DNA from: the human T2T-CHM13v2.0 reference genome, Homo sapiens
Length of the DNA: 64,000 nucleotides
Assembly: GCF_009914755.1 (NCBI RefSeq)
Contig: NC_060927.1
Reading direction: 5' to 3' (one strand)
The notes below the pieces were generated by a model. The model was not told the origin of the DNA and did no database searches. It saw only the letters and a program-made list of their open reading frames with translations. Shown here one piece after another: positions 1 to 13,574 of this stretch. The stretch's first letter is position 1, and every line of letters starts with the position of its first letter. The translations under genes and the position numbers were made by a program.

Positions 1-929
1 ACTAAATGAGACCTTAAAAGTCACTGAGTTCTGAAACCATGCCCCTCCCACCACCACTCTGCTTCCTCCTCCCACACCAAGGGGGTTTTCTTGTAAACCT
101 CTCCCTTTGCCTCAAGTGCCAGGACAGCATCTGCTTCAGTATCTCCAGTCTTTCCACCGTACTAACTTGTCAGGCAGCCCATTCCATATCAAATGCTCTT
201 AATATTTTATTGTTCAGAGGTAAAGAGAACAATACCTTTGGTTATAATATCTTTGTTGTTTTCTCCCTAGCGTTTTTGACCTCTTCAAATGTATCTTGTC
301 CTATGGTAACTCAGGAAACAAAATAATTAGCTTTTTAATTTTATGTAAAATATTCCTATTAATACCCTCCAAACTGCCATTGTCTTTTTTGTTCCAGTGT
401 TCCAACACAGTTTTGTGCTTTTTATCATTACATTTGCAGAGATTCTTATCTGTTCCTGCCGACAAATCCATTTGTGTTTTGTACTCAATTACATATAATT
501 AGTCTTTTCTTCATGAACAAAAGAACAGGTGTCTTTATCAATTCTGTGAAATATACCATGGTAAGGTTGGTTAGACCTAATGATGTCTAGTGAACCAAAC
601 AACACATTTCTGACAGATGCTCATAGTAACAAGATTCTTTTTTCAAACAATCAACTGCTTCTACTCCTACACACACAAAGTAGAGAAAGAAAAGACATTT
701 TAACAACTTAGAGGTTTATAATTTTTCTATGAAACAAATGAGTAGAATTTAAATCCTTCTTCGATATTTTGACTTCTAATCCCCACTCTGACAAAGTATA
801 TGTAAAATTATTTGTTTTTATTTGATATTCTTCATTAAAATATGTGGGGAAAGTGTCAGAAGAAAGCACATTAGTTGAAAAACTGGTAACATTTTAATAA
901 AAGCTATAGCACTCTGTAAATAATATTCA

Positions 930-1075
930 CTAGTGTCAATTTTCTGATGTTGATCAGTATGTTGTTACGTAACATGGTACCATTAGTAGAAGCTGGGTAA
1001 AAAGTATAAAGGAATTCACTTTTATTACTTTGTAATTTTTCTGAAGTCTTAAATGATTTTTTAAGTTAAAAAATA
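930..1075 (+). mobile_element. Old L1 (L1MC/ME-type) 3' end fragment
   Basis: Resembles the L1M 3' terminus (cattagtagaagctgggtaaaaagtataaaggaattcact...ctgaagtcttaaatgatttt); recognised by eye, boundaries approximate. Confidence 0.5.
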
Positions 1076-1080
1076 TGTGG

Positions 1081-1376
1081 GGCCAGGCACGGTGACTCAC
1101 GCCTGTAATCCCAGCACTTTGGGAGGCCGAGGCGGGTGGATCACCAGGTCAGGAGATCGAGACCATCCTGGCCAACATGGTGAAACCCCATCTCTACTAA
1201 AAATACAAAAATTAGCTGGGTGTGGTGGCATGTGCCTGTAACCCCAGCAACTTGGGAGGCTGAGGCAGGAGAATCACTTGAACCAGGGAGTCAGAGTTTG
1301 TACTGAGCCGAGATCACACCACTATACTCCAGCCTAGTGACAGAGTGAGACTCCATCTCAAAAAGAAAAAAAAAAA
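1081..1376 (+). mobile_element. Full-length Alu (AluS, Sc-like)
   Basis: GGCCAGGCACGGTGACTCACGCCTGTAATCCCAGC start, both arms and A tail; aaa(t)atgtgg flanks both sides as a TSD-like repeat. Confidence 0.95.
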
Positions 1377-1409
1377 TGTGGGTAACAGTATTTTAGCCAA
1401 TGACCTACA

Positions 1410-1470
1410 GCCACTGAACTCCAGCCTGGGCAACAGAGCGAGATTCCGTCTCAAAAAAAAAAACAAACAA
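1410..1470 (+). mobile_element. Alu 3'-terminal fragment (~60 bp)
   Basis: gccactgaactccagcctgggcaacagagcgagattccgtctc followed by an A tail. Confidence 0.85.
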
Positions 1471-1504
1471 CTTTTCTACATATTGACGGAGACGTTCATG
1501 CACC

Positions 1505-1745
1505 TAGTCATTCATCATTCACTTTGTATTGAGTGCTTACTATGTATTACAGACCATTCATTCTAGGTTCTAATGATGCATGAGGCATCAATCAAAATCT
1601 TTTCACTCATGGAACATACATTCTTCTGGGAAAGAAGATCAAAAATAAATAAACAGCAACAATACATATTTCAGAAAGTGGGATATGAAAATAGAGTTCC
1701 AAGGTGAGAAGTGTAATTTTTAAAGGACTGTTAAGGAAGGCATCT
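1505..1745 (-). mobile_element. L2 3' fragment
   Basis: Reverse complement of the L2 tail (attcatcattcac...tattgagtgcttactatgt). Confidence 0.55.
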
Positions 1746-2351
1746 TCAACACCTATAAGACAGATCTTAGCAGCACTATTTGTAATGGCCTTAACATAGA
1801 AACAATGATTATACACAAAAAGGAAAATGAATAAATATGTTTGTATACATTCATACAGTGGGATATTTTACAAAAATGAAAGAAATAAAGCAAATAAATA
1901 TATTACCATATACAAACCTCACAACCATAATATTGGGGATTAAAGTACATAAAATATATTTATGATAATGTTCTAACTTATAAAATATTTTAAAATATGC
2001 AAAACAATATTATGAATTAAAATTTTTTCTTAAATTAGATATATATGAGACATACAAAATTCCAGGGAGTTATTATATCTGGTAATGATGAAAAGTAAGA
2101 TTCCATGAGGGAAAACACAACAAGAAGGTTAAACTATATTGATATTTTTAATTAATTTTAAAGCTAGTGGTAGGTATCCAGATAAACTTGTATTAATCTA
2201 TATATTTTGTACACCTAAATGATTTTAAACACAATTTATTAAATTTATCTTAATAAAATATTAAGATAGTTTATCTTAATAAAATATTAGTTTAAATTTG
2301 GGAGTTCAGAGAATTTTTAAAAGTACTTATTTGACACAATGTGTGCCCTAT

Positions 2352-2386
2352 GGTGTGTGTGTGTGTGTATGTGGGTTTGTGTGTGG
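2352..2386. repeat. (TG)n microsatellite, imperfect
   Basis: gtgtgtgtgtgtgtgtatgtgggtttgtgtgtgg. Confidence 0.85.
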
Positions 2387-4295
2387 TATGCAGAATGACA
2401 TTATGCTAAGATATATATATGCATGGAGGAAGGTACAAATGTACACGTGGGTGTAGATTTACACTAGCAGTTCACCCAGCGTCAGCAGAGCAAGCGTTGT
2501 CAATTATTTTCCTAGAAAGAGTGAAGGAAGGATTTGTCCTAGCTTGACCCCACACTTGCACTTCTACCCTTCTGTCTCTGCCCCATGATAAATGTCATGC
2601 ATTTGCAAGATAGTTGGCTGGGTAAAGGTAGCATTTTGTAGATTGAATATGGCTAATCGTCTTACTTGGGGATTGATTCTATCTTCATCAATTTATAATT
2701 TTTCAATTTTTTTTAAAGTTAGATGGACGATGCTGACAGGGATGTTGATATATCATCACCATCTCCAGCCATTAGATTTTATAGAAATTAAACCTGAGAA
2801 CTAGTAATATCTTGGAGTTAGTGCAGATAAGTGACACAAATAAGTGGTTCCCTGGTTCTTGCATCTATATTTGTAGCCTCACTAAATCGACATTCAGTTA
2901 CAGACGCAATAAATGAAAGTACATGGAGAGAAAAGTATCCTGATTCTTCTACACTGAGTTGAAAGCTTTAATCATTTAAAGAATGCTTTCACAAAAACAC
3001 AAGCCAACAATGCAAACCAAAATCAGCCAATCAACAACTTAGCAAAAAATCTGAGAGCAAGAAAACTGAAATGAAATTCTTTATAATAAGATCTTTTATT
3101 TATTGTAAATTATATTTTAAATGTGTAATATTAACTGAACAAAGAATAACTTAGAAAGGGTGGACAAGGGCATTTTCATTCATTAGGGATTTTAAATTTT
3201 TCCTCAAATAGTTCTTAATAATTTAAAAGACGTTTCACTACAAAATATCTAGCTTCCTAAATTACTTTATGCAGTTTGGTAGATTATCAGCCTGATCACA
3301 AAATTACATCCATCAGAATCACAACTTGTTGGGACAGATATCAGTGAGCATTTATTGTGTGCTCAACACTAAAGATCTAGCAGTGAAGACAGACAAACAT
3401 TAGGAAACAATATGGCACCATACATAATTTTAGAATGACATGAATTTGCCCTCAGGTATCTGTATATGATTATGCAGAATTTGAAAGATATGACAGCTAT
3501 CAATCTTGCCTCTGGAGCTTGTATTTGACATTTTTCTAGACTGCAAATTCATTTTGTCATACCGTGATGATTGCATTTAATTTTTTAACTTGTCAACTCT
3601 AAAGTTAGAGCACTTAAAAACTATATCCAGAGAAATTATTATTAATCTTTGAATGCCCAGCATTTTTATTTCCCCCCCCAAAATTTTTAAATTCCATTTC
3701 AGGTCTATCAGTCTTCATTATCTTCTTACTATTATATATATTTATTATATGTACCATATGTAATTATAATATTTAAATATATTTTCCTTTTAAAATCAGC
3801 AATTTTGCCTTTAACATAAAATAACATATATATATATATACATACACATATATGCATGTACTCAGTGTTTACCTTAAGAGGTAATTTTTGTCTGTCAGAA
3901 ATTGTGTTCTAAGAAATATAGAACTTGTTCATTATTGAACTATAACTTGTTCATCACTTGGTTCCGGGATTTAAATACCATCTTGTGTTGGAAGATGTGC
4001 TTGTATTGTTCCTAGGAGTGTGTATCATCATGCTGCCTAAAAACACTGTGATGGGAGTATATTCTTGCCCATTGACCAAATGGACAAGCCTCTTACCTTC
4101 TCTTAAGTGCATAACCTCTCTCCTATACTGTCTTTGCTGTAGGAAATCATAGCAAGAAGGATAAAGGAAAAGACACTAGCTTACTAATAGTTAAATAGTT
4201 TGAAAGGCATAGTTTGGTAAGGCAGCTTAGCAATGCTTTAAGTATAAGATACACTGGGCCCTACATTTGATTTGTAATCAGATTGTAAGAAGCTA

Positions 4296-4433
<138 letters not shown>

Positions 4434-6118
4434 TTATTCAAATTTTTATTTGGCTTACACAAATGCACACTTACAGATTGTTAAAAACATCCTGTAAGTA
4501 AATACGTAAATGCCAATAGCTTAAATATTGAATTATGTATTTGGGAGTTGGGTGTTTCAGTAACATATCTATGCTTTTTTTTTTCCATTTAGAGGTAGAG
4601 CTTTAACACTTTTAGCAGTAAACTAAATGCAAATAAATAAAAGCTAATTATGATTGGGAAAATACAGAGACATGCTAAAAAGTGAGTTATTTTCCTCCTT
4701 TGTGCATCTGGTGTCTGACTGCAAGATTTCACCAACTTTATAGTCCCATTCCAGAATTATTGTTTAGGCCAAAATGCCTCTGTAATTTCTAAGTTTCTAG
4801 TAGCCATAACCAGGTCCATAAGACTTCTATCTCTGCAGGATGTCAGCTCTCCATCAGAAGTTCCTGGGTTTTGAATTTGTGATCAAGTTCAGCCAGAAAG
4901 AATAGTTTGGAGAAGAACCACAGGCAACAGCAAAAACTTCCACGGCCATGAGATGTCACTGGCAAATATGTGGAAACGCAAATTTCACCTTCACTAAATA
5001 CTTCATCAGAGAGGAGCCTCAGTGTTCCAAAGTTCATTTCTCCAGTACAAAAAAAAAAAAAAAAAAAAAAAATCAAGTCATACATATTTATCTAAGTATT
5101 TCAAACCAGAATTGCTCAACTTTTAAAAACCCTCTAAACACAAATACTTTCAAACTAACCTTTGTATAACACATTTGAATTTTTGTGCATCAGCTAATAT
5201 AAATATTTAAAGCTTTCTCATCGCAGTGCTGGCTGCCAGCAACAATCTAGTTTCCACCGCATCACCATTTTTGTCTCTATTGTTGAGCAAAAATGAAGTA
5301 TTCTAGTGCCCTTATAGCTCTAATTATTTCATTAAAATGAGGAGAAAAAGAAAAATGCTGCTTCTGGTGATAAAAATGGAGGCAAAGATGGAAATCATAT
5401 GATTGCTGAAGTAACAACATGGTATCCTCAGAAGGACAATCGCTGAATTTAAGCTAGTCAACTTCATCCTTCATCCATTTATTCAACTAATGTTTACCAA
5501 GAATGTCTTTTTTCTGCCAAGCAATATGGCAGGCACTGTGTGTTACACTGAATGCATTATTGATATTTAGGTCTAAAAGAATTCTAGTTAAGCATTTAAT
5601 GTGATTAATTCTTTGAGAATTGGCCTACACCCTATAACAAGTGTCTGCAGTTGGGACTTTTGCACATGTGACTTGATCACATTCACATTATTTGGGAATA
5701 TGGGGCAATGCCTCTATCAACACATCTTTTTCAAAGCAGTCCTACAAAGCAAAAGAGATGTCAAGAAAATTGGGAATGAGGAAGCAGACTAATGAGCAAA
5801 GAACTGAACTGGAAATTAGGTATTCTAATTAATAGATATGTATTATCTTTATGAGTTAAATAAATTCCGTTTTTTAAATTTGTGAACCTCAATGTCCTCA
5901 TCAATAAAAATCTGGAAGTTAAGCTGAATGGTTGTTTGTTCCTTCATATGAGTCTCTATTCACTTTGAGCACATTAGAATCCTCTGCCTTGAATGGTGTC
6001 AGAAATAGAAGAATGGATTTGTCTTCAATGCATTTCCTCCATAGGCTCATCTAATCCCACAACTATGGACAAGTCAGGGACACACTTGGCTAGCTAACGT
6101 CACTGCAAACAACTCTCT

Positions 6119-6385
6119 CTTTTTTTTAAAATTATACTTTTAGTTCTAGGGTACATGAGCACAACGTGCAAGTTTGTTACATATGTATACATGTGCCATG
6201 CTGGTTGGCTGCACCCATTAACTCGTCATTTACATTAGGTATTTCTCCTAATGCTATCCCTCCCCCACCCCTCCACCCCACGACAGTCCCAGGTGTGTGA
6301 TGTTCTCCGCCCTGTGTCCAAATGTTCTCATTGTTCAATTCCCACCTATGAGTGAGAACACGCAGTGTTTGGTTTTCTGTCCTTG
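6119..6385 (-). mobile_element. 5'-truncated L1PA 3' end with 16-bp TSD
   Basis: Reverse complement of the L1PA 3'UTR; TSD ctg(c/t)aaacaactctct at 6103-6118 and 6386-6401. Confidence 0.93.
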
Positions 6386-6883
6386 CTGTAAACAACTCTC
6401 TGTGTGCCTCTGCCTTTGGCTACCTGGCTGACAGGCAGCTTCTGATGTGGTAGACTCACCTATAGATTTGAACCTCAAATGCTGTGTGGCCCCGATCAAC
6501 TCATCTAACATCTGAGTTTCAAGTTTTTGTATCTATATAGTAAGATTTTTAAAAAGTCCTACTCTATAATCCTTGCAAATTTCAAATGAATAGTGACAGA
6601 GTACAAACTAGAAAACCCATAAAATATACATCCTAATTAAAGTCTAATGTTTCAACTATGAAAATCAAGGACACGGTATAAGGGAGGTAAAAGAAGCATT
6701 CTGAGAAAAGAGTATGTCTCCAGCTTCTGCTTTAGTAAATATTAACTGAGCTTGTAAAGCCACTAAAGTAAACAGTGGGCTAAAAGTACAGGATATAAAA
6801 CAATAGAGGGGAGGAAGAGGGCAACTGTCTTACAATTCACACTGTATTTCTAATAAGCTTGATAAAGTCACTTTAAGAAGTCA

Positions 6884-7130
6884 CCACATGTTCTCACTCA
6901 TAAGTGGGAATTGAACAATGAGAACACTTGGACACAGGAAGGCGAACATCACACACCGGGGCCTGTTGTGGGGTAGGGGGAGGGGGGAGGGATAGCATTA
7001 GGAGATATATCTAATGTAAATGACGAGTTAATGGGTGCAGCACACCAACATGGCACATGTATACATATGTAACAAACCTGCAAGTTGTGCACATGTACCC
7101 TAAAACTTAAAGTATAATTAAAAAAAAAAA
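6884..7130 (+). mobile_element. 5'-truncated L1PA 3' end with 9-bp TSD
   Basis: L1PA 3'UTR (atgttctcactcataagtgggaattgaacaatgag...ctaaaacttaaagtataat) plus poly(A); TSD aagaagtca at 6875-6883 and 7131-7139. Confidence 0.93.
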
Positions 7131-8314
7131 AAGAAGTCATGTTTTTATTGGTAATGAGATGCATGCCAGTTTAGTCGTTAAAGCCTGTGAATGATTGTTT
7201 GTTTTCTTTGTGCTCCTCTTTCTGTACCTGTAATTAAACACTTCTTTTGCCCTGGTGGAGCCATCCCCTGTTGGAGCCCTGGGAATTCGGGTTGGTAACT
7301 CCTGCTCAGGATAATGAGCATCAGACTCTGAGCACCCATCTCTGAGAGCAGTGCCAGAACAGGCCCAGAGTCTGCGTTTTAATCATGTTGTGATATGTGA
7401 AAATGAACATCCTGCATTACAGAAGTTTCAAAGGAGACTTGATCATCTATTGAAAAAAATACCCTGAACATATATAATATAGATGGGGCACAGAAAGCTG
7501 TGTAGCCTGAGTGGCATCTTGTATGTCTATTACCATCGATCAAGTCCTACCAACCTTTCCAGGTTCAGCTCAACATCACCTTCTCCATGAAGACTCAGCT
7601 ATCGTAAGTGAGAATCTCCTTTACGATGAGGAAAACCAGAACATGTTTTGCTCTATTTTAAAGAAAGGAGGTATAAAATGAGACCACTTTTCAGCATATC
7701 CAGCATCCTGGGTACATTCAACTAACACACGTTTATTTATCAGACTATGCTTGGGGACCCAAGATATGAAGAAAACGAAAACCTTTGCTGTCCTCAGGGA
7801 GCACCCAGTCTAATGCATGAAACATATTTGTGTATAATACCAGTGTGGGAGAGCTGATAAATAAGGAAGTGAATCACAGTGATGTGATGTCACCAAGGAG
7901 CAAGGGACCAGTTCTGCCTGAAGGTTGGGATAAGGCACTTCATCTGTCACTTAAAGAATGAGTAGGATTGCCATAGGCAAGGAAACCAGAGAAAGGGCAT
8001 TCCACACAAAACATCACAACTCTGGGAATGATGCAGCCTGGTATAGACAGAATAGAGAAAAGGGTTCTCAAATGCAGACATACAAGTAAGTACCTGTTCT
8101 CAACAAATGTTCTAGCACAACAGTGACACTAAGACAAATAGGGTCAATGGAATAGGTTTTCTATGAAGCTAATATTTTCCAGTTTATATGACTCCTTGAT
8201 TTTAAAATTATGCTCTTCCATTACTGTTTTTCTTTTTCTTAATGAAATGATGACTATATTATTAGATGGTAGGGGAGGAAGGGTTGGTTTGCTCCCTTTT
8301 GTGCTCTAAAGTGG

Positions 8315-8680
8315 TGTGGCAAATACTGCAAGCATTTCACTGAAATCCATTTCCTCTTTTTTCTGGGCACCCAGCTAGACCATATGTCCTAGCCTCCCTT
8401 GCAGTTAGGTTTGGCAGATGAATGAGTGTCATATGGAATGTAAGTGGAAGTGATGTGTGCCATTTTCAGGCCAAGGTTTTTAAAAGCAAACATTCTCCTC
8501 CACACTCTCTTTTCCTTAACACCGGCCAGATTAAGATAACATAGCCCTAGGGGCTATAGAAACAACAGAATGGAAGAATGTTGGGTCCCTGAATAACAGG
8601 TAAAGGAAAGATGACTGCCATTGAAATACCTACCTTGGACCGTGAACTGAATAAGAAATAAACTTCCATTGGCTGTGCAT
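8315..8680 (+). mobile_element. MaLR solo LTR (MLT1-type)
   Basis: agcctcccttgcagttagg, ggaatgtaagtggaagtgatgtgtgcca and terminal agaaataaacttcc motifs typical of MLT1. Confidence 0.6.
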
Positions 8681-8689
8681 AATGGGCTT

Positions 8690-9480
8690 TGGACTTCCTT
8701 CCAAAACATACAGTATGCAAAGGGAAGGAGAGAGTAATATTATGGTGGAGAAACCTAACAAACAAAGCACTACCTCAGTCAGGCAATCAAGGCTAATATC
8801 ATCAATTATAAAACATGCTGATAGTATGTTCTCTTGAGATTATGTGATGAGAATAGCACTTTACCTCTGTGATCTTCCTCCAAAAAACCCACAACCCCAG
8901 TCTATTCATGAGAAAAAAAAATTAGACAAATGCCCGTTAAATAATGTTCTACAAAATACTTGACCAGTACTCCTCAAAATGGATTGTTCATCACACAAAG
9001 AAGGGATAAATGCTTGAGGTGAGAGATAACCTATTTGCCTTGATGTGATTACTATGCATCATAGGCCCGTTTCGAAATATCACTTGTACCCTACAAATAT
9101 ATACACCCACCATGTACCCAAACAAGTTAAAAGTAAAAAATTAAAAAAAAAAAAAACTATCAATGTCATTGAAGAAAACGAATGTCTAGGAAAAAGTCAT
9201 AGATAAAAGGAGTCTAAAAAGACATAACAACTAAATGTAATGGGGTATTCTGAATGAGATCCTAGAGCTGAAAAAGAACATTATGTAAAAATGAAGGAAA
9301 TCTGAATAAAGTATGGATTTTAGTTAAACATACTGTAATGATATAGATTCTTCATTGTGACAAATATTGTACATTAATGTAAGCTGTTACTATGGGAAAT
9401 TGGATATAGGGTATATGAGAACTCTGTACTATCTTCACATCTCTATAAATTAAAAAAAATTCTAAGATAATAATTATATT
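8690..9480 (+). mobile_element. L1MC-type 3' region with a nested L1MA-type 3' fragment (8981-9156)
   Basis: The L1MC-like sequence is interrupted by ggataaatgcttgaggtg...catgtaccca plus an A tail and resumes afterwards. Confidence 0.65.
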
Positions 9481-10529
9481 AAAAATACTAAGTACAGCTA
9501 AAAAAGCAAGTAATAAATGTTTTCCTCAAAGAGGCTGAGTGACAAGGAAGGTAAAGGATGGGACCTCGGGTTCAATACTGCTTCCCATCAGGATGACATG
9601 GCAATTTCAGCAGAACGTTTGAATTCAGAGCCACTCAGAAAAGCTGACACATGCTGGAGCTATCTAGACGTTCCTGCCGGCTTGACAGTCCATCTAGTGC
9701 TATGAAGTATTTCCTAGGTACACGATGGAAACCCAGAACAGAGACAGAGCCAAGGGGTCCTGGTCAGAAATCTCAGGATGAATATTCAATTACAGGAAAT
9801 AGGATGAATTTTAGACGTGGAAAGGATCGACACTTTACTTCATTAGCTTCAAAGGTAAAAAAAAAAAAAAAAAAACAACAACAAAAAACAAAACTCTGGC
9901 TCGGAGAGACAGTGTCTTATCCAAGGTCACACAGCTAACACACTGATGAGTTCAGACAAGAACTCAGCTCCTATATACTGAATGGACATCATCCTTTCCT
10001 TTCCAAAGAGCAAAATCCTTACCTTACCAAAACTGAGGGTTGGGGAGCAAGAAGGGAGAAGAGAGGAGAGAATAAGGAGGGGAGAGTATCTAGCTGTGAA
10101 TCAGTTATTAAAGTACGTGTTGATAGAAAAGCAGTTACAGAAAATTGTGCAAGAAATATGTATCTATATAACCTTTGATACTAAAATCTTCTAGGGCCAG
10201 CGTATTCACATATACCCAAACTTTAGAGAAAGGTTCTGCATATAAACTCCAATCTAAAATGAAAACTATTATAACAATAATGAAAATTATGTAATGGGGG
10301 CCATATCTAGAGAATTAATAGTACTTTTGATAACAATGGCTGTATATTGAACCCATCTCCTTCGTGGCAGGCACACTTCTGATACTTTTACTGTTGTTTT
10401 ATTTATTATGCATAACAACTAACTGTATGAGGTACTCTTTTCTCATTTTTCATTTTTTGTTGAGATTCAAGGAAGCTGCACCACTTTGACCCAAAGTCAC
10501 AGCCACTCCCTAGTACTGTTCAGTCACTT

Positions 10530-10890
10530 TAAAAGAGTACTGGCAAAACAGGAACCTGTCCAGAGGAAAGGAGCCAAATAAAGAGGGTATAAATGACTGT
10601 CATATGAAGAATGGCTGAATTAACAGTGGCCGTGCAGCCTAGAAAAGGAAGCATTTGGAGGGATGTGAGAGCCTAGAAGAGGGAGGATTTGGAGAGCTGT
10701 CTCCACGTTCTTGAAAATCCAAAGAAATAAGAAGCAGCCAATTTGTTCTGAGTGGCTCCACAGAGATAGACCTAGGGCCAATGGGTGAAAGTTACAGGAA
10801 TATGCAGATTAAAAAGAACTTTCTGTTTATTGTATTCAAAGACAGAACAGGTCGCCTAAGGAAAGAGTGAGTTTTCTATCACTGGACATA
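10530..10890 (+). mobile_element. L3/CR1 LINE fragment
   Basis: gtcatatgaagaatggctg...gcctagaaaagg...ttgttctgagtggctccacagag...gccaatgggtgaaagttacagg...aagaactttct, characteristic of the CR1/L3 3' end. Confidence 0.65.
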
Positions 10891-12497
10891 ACCAGAAAGA
10901 AGCAGAAAAACTACAGGTCAGAGCAGCTGTGAAGGACGTGGACGTCTCCAAAGGCGGAGACACTCTGAGTGAGAATGAAAGGTCTTTTCTAACCCTGATG
11001 TCCTGGAAAGCTTTGAGATAAGCCAGATGGTCCACTAAATACAATTTCACTTTTCTGTTTCCTTAGTCGGTGCTTAAGACAGGGAATTAAAAAGACTGTT
11101 TACCAGGCATCCAGAAAATGCAACCTTCTTTATAAATGTTAAACATAGATTGTGGAGTAGTTTGACGGGTTCTTTTAATCAGCCTCTTTGGGTTTACAAA
11201 TGTGCCTTCTGTATTAACATTTAATGTTGTCCACTTAAGGGAAATGAGATTGAAGAAGCTGTTAAATGTGATTCTTGTCAAGGGCTTCGGGGGCATTACA
11301 TTGATGCAGACTTCAAAATTAGACTATTAGGGTTAGAAAATGTTCATAAGCAAATACATTTCTGACCAATCATAACTAAAGGGTATAGACTAGGGCATAT
11401 TTACATACCATAAACCAAAGTCCCAGGCAAATCAGAAATGAGCTACAGTAAGCATTTGAAAAGGGACAGAACTTACCTGGACTTTTGAACACACTGAAAA
11501 ATTGCAACTCTACTGATCTATGGGGATTCAGTAAAAATATATGCTATTTAGTAAAGGAGAAGCAGGCCTGAGGCCCCTCATTCACTCAACAGACTGCAGT
11601 GAACAGACCTGGAGGAACACCTTCCAGAACTGAAAGGATAAGGCTGAAGACGTGTCACTCTAGCCTGGCAGAATCTGCTCTGTGGAGTAAAGTGAGTCAT
11701 GTCCTGTCCCTCATCTTCGATCTCCCCATTGGTCAAATGAAGACGAGAGACACCATCAGCAGCTACCTTGCTGAGGGCCGTGAATCAACCCCAAAAGTGC
11801 TGATATTCCAAGAGGATTCTGTAACTAAGTGCATTCTATTTCAGTTATCAATAGATACTAATGGCACGTTTTATTTTTTAAAAATGAATATTTATTGAGC
11901 AACAGCCTTTGTGACAGTTATTCTTCTGGGCAAAAGGGATAATCGGTGCATGCTAGTAAATCAACTCTCCCCCACCTCCCTCCCCTTCCAAAAAAAAACA
12001 GAGCAGAAAAGAAAATCCAAAACCAGACTTTCATGGGATGATTTCCACAGTGCAACTACTTCAACTATGACTGCTTTAAAACTACTACTTGACATCACTG
12101 AACATAGATGTGAAGCTGGAAAGAGGTGAGCACCATCAGCTCCAGCTCACCAATGAATATAACTGAGGATAAAACATAAAGCGTGCATTCTAGTAGGAAG
12201 ATGGAAAATAAACATGTAAACAATAAAGTATATAATAAAATGTTAGTATAAGTGCTATGATAAAAATTAAAGCAATATAAAAGGATAGAGCATGCAAGGG
12301 ATGGATGTGCTATTGTGGACAGAACGAATAGAAGATAACATCACAGAAGCCTAAAGAAAGAGAGGAAGGAAACCATTAAGGATATCTAACAGAAATACAT
12401 TCCAGGAGCAGGGAGCAGCAAGTATAAAGCAATCCTAATAATGGTAAAGATTAATAACCAACAGATTAGAGGCTCTCTGAAGATCCTTCCTCTATGC

Positions 12498-12737
12498 CAA
12501 GAGTCCACAAACTATAGCCCTGTGGCTGCCAATTTTGTTAATAAAGTTTTTTTTTTCATTTTCTTGCTCATTTAATCTGAACAGTATTAGAGCATGACCA
12601 TGCCCATTCACTCATGCATTGCCTCTGCTTTCATGCTACAACAACAAAGGTAAGTAGTTGCAACAGATACCCTATATCCTGCAAAGACTGAAATCTTTAC
12701 TAACAGACCCTTTAATGAGAAAGTCTGCCAGCCCTTT
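12498..12737 (+). mobile_element. MER58A-like hAT-Charlie MITE
   Basis: caaactatagccc...aataaagtttt...gtagttgcaacaga...ccctttaatgagaaagtctgccagccct. Confidence 0.7.
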
Positions 12738-12799
12738 CTCTACTTGCTTTCTCTTGCTTCTGTAGACACCTCTGCCTGAAAAGCACAACCCCTGCCTTC

Positions 12800-13085
12800 C
12801 TCCTCTGCCCAGGGGTCCTCCAGAGCCTTCTAAGCACAGCTTTCTTCCACAGGGTCTTCCCTGACACCCTGAGGCAAAATTAATCACTTCCTCTTCAAAG
12901 CTCCATTGTGCATAGGTTAGGAGAGCTGTGCACTATTTTAGAGGTGCTTGTTTACACCCCTGTCTCTGCTGCTGAACTATGAACCTCTCAGGGCAGAGAC
13001 CTTATTCATCAACTCTATCCCAGCACCTAACACAGTGCCAGGCACAAGGTAGATGAGGAGTGTTTGTATGCTGAAGGAATGAAAG
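12800..13085 (+). mobile_element. L2 3' fragment
   Basis: ccagcacctaacacagtgccaggcaca...gaaggaatgaa L2 tail. Confidence 0.6.
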
Positions 13086-13574
13086 TAATAAGATATACCT
13101 GGCATTTTCCTTTGTCACCTGTGACTTTCAAAGGAGCTTCTCATTTGTACAAAGAGCTGCTTATAGCCTTTGAATATAATGCCTCTGGCCTCTAATGCGT
13201 TTCTTCCAATTTTGTCCTGCACACTGAACACAGTCTGACAAGCACAGCAGCCTCCTCCATAAACTGCACAGTCTCCAAAGCCCTGAGTTGCCTCACATTT
13301 CAACAGGAATCGAATGACCTTGAGACAGGCAATCCTCAATCTTCATATTGTCTCAAAGCTACATGGAAAGAAAATAACCTTCATTTTTGGAGTTTCCTCT
13401 TCACCAAAGCAGTCTGAGCTGTAGAAGACATGAGACGGAGGGCAGGAAAACTGAGCTAAGATGTGAAATGCCAATAGGGACAAGGTTTTTGTACTGAGCC
13501 AGTTTTATTCCTCATAGCATTAGCCCCCTTCCTCCTAGATTCTTCTTTGTAATATGCTCATGAAAATTTAAAAT

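Noticed and set aside
2246-2290. AT-rich hairpin tatcttaata-aaa-tattaagata with a tandem duplicate
   Set aside because: A 10-bp AT stem in low-complexity DNA; a typical slippage product
5049-5072. Orphan poly(A) tract as a possible processed-pseudogene tail (also 9847-9890)
   Set aside because: No upstream AATAAA, TSD or recognisable coding sequence
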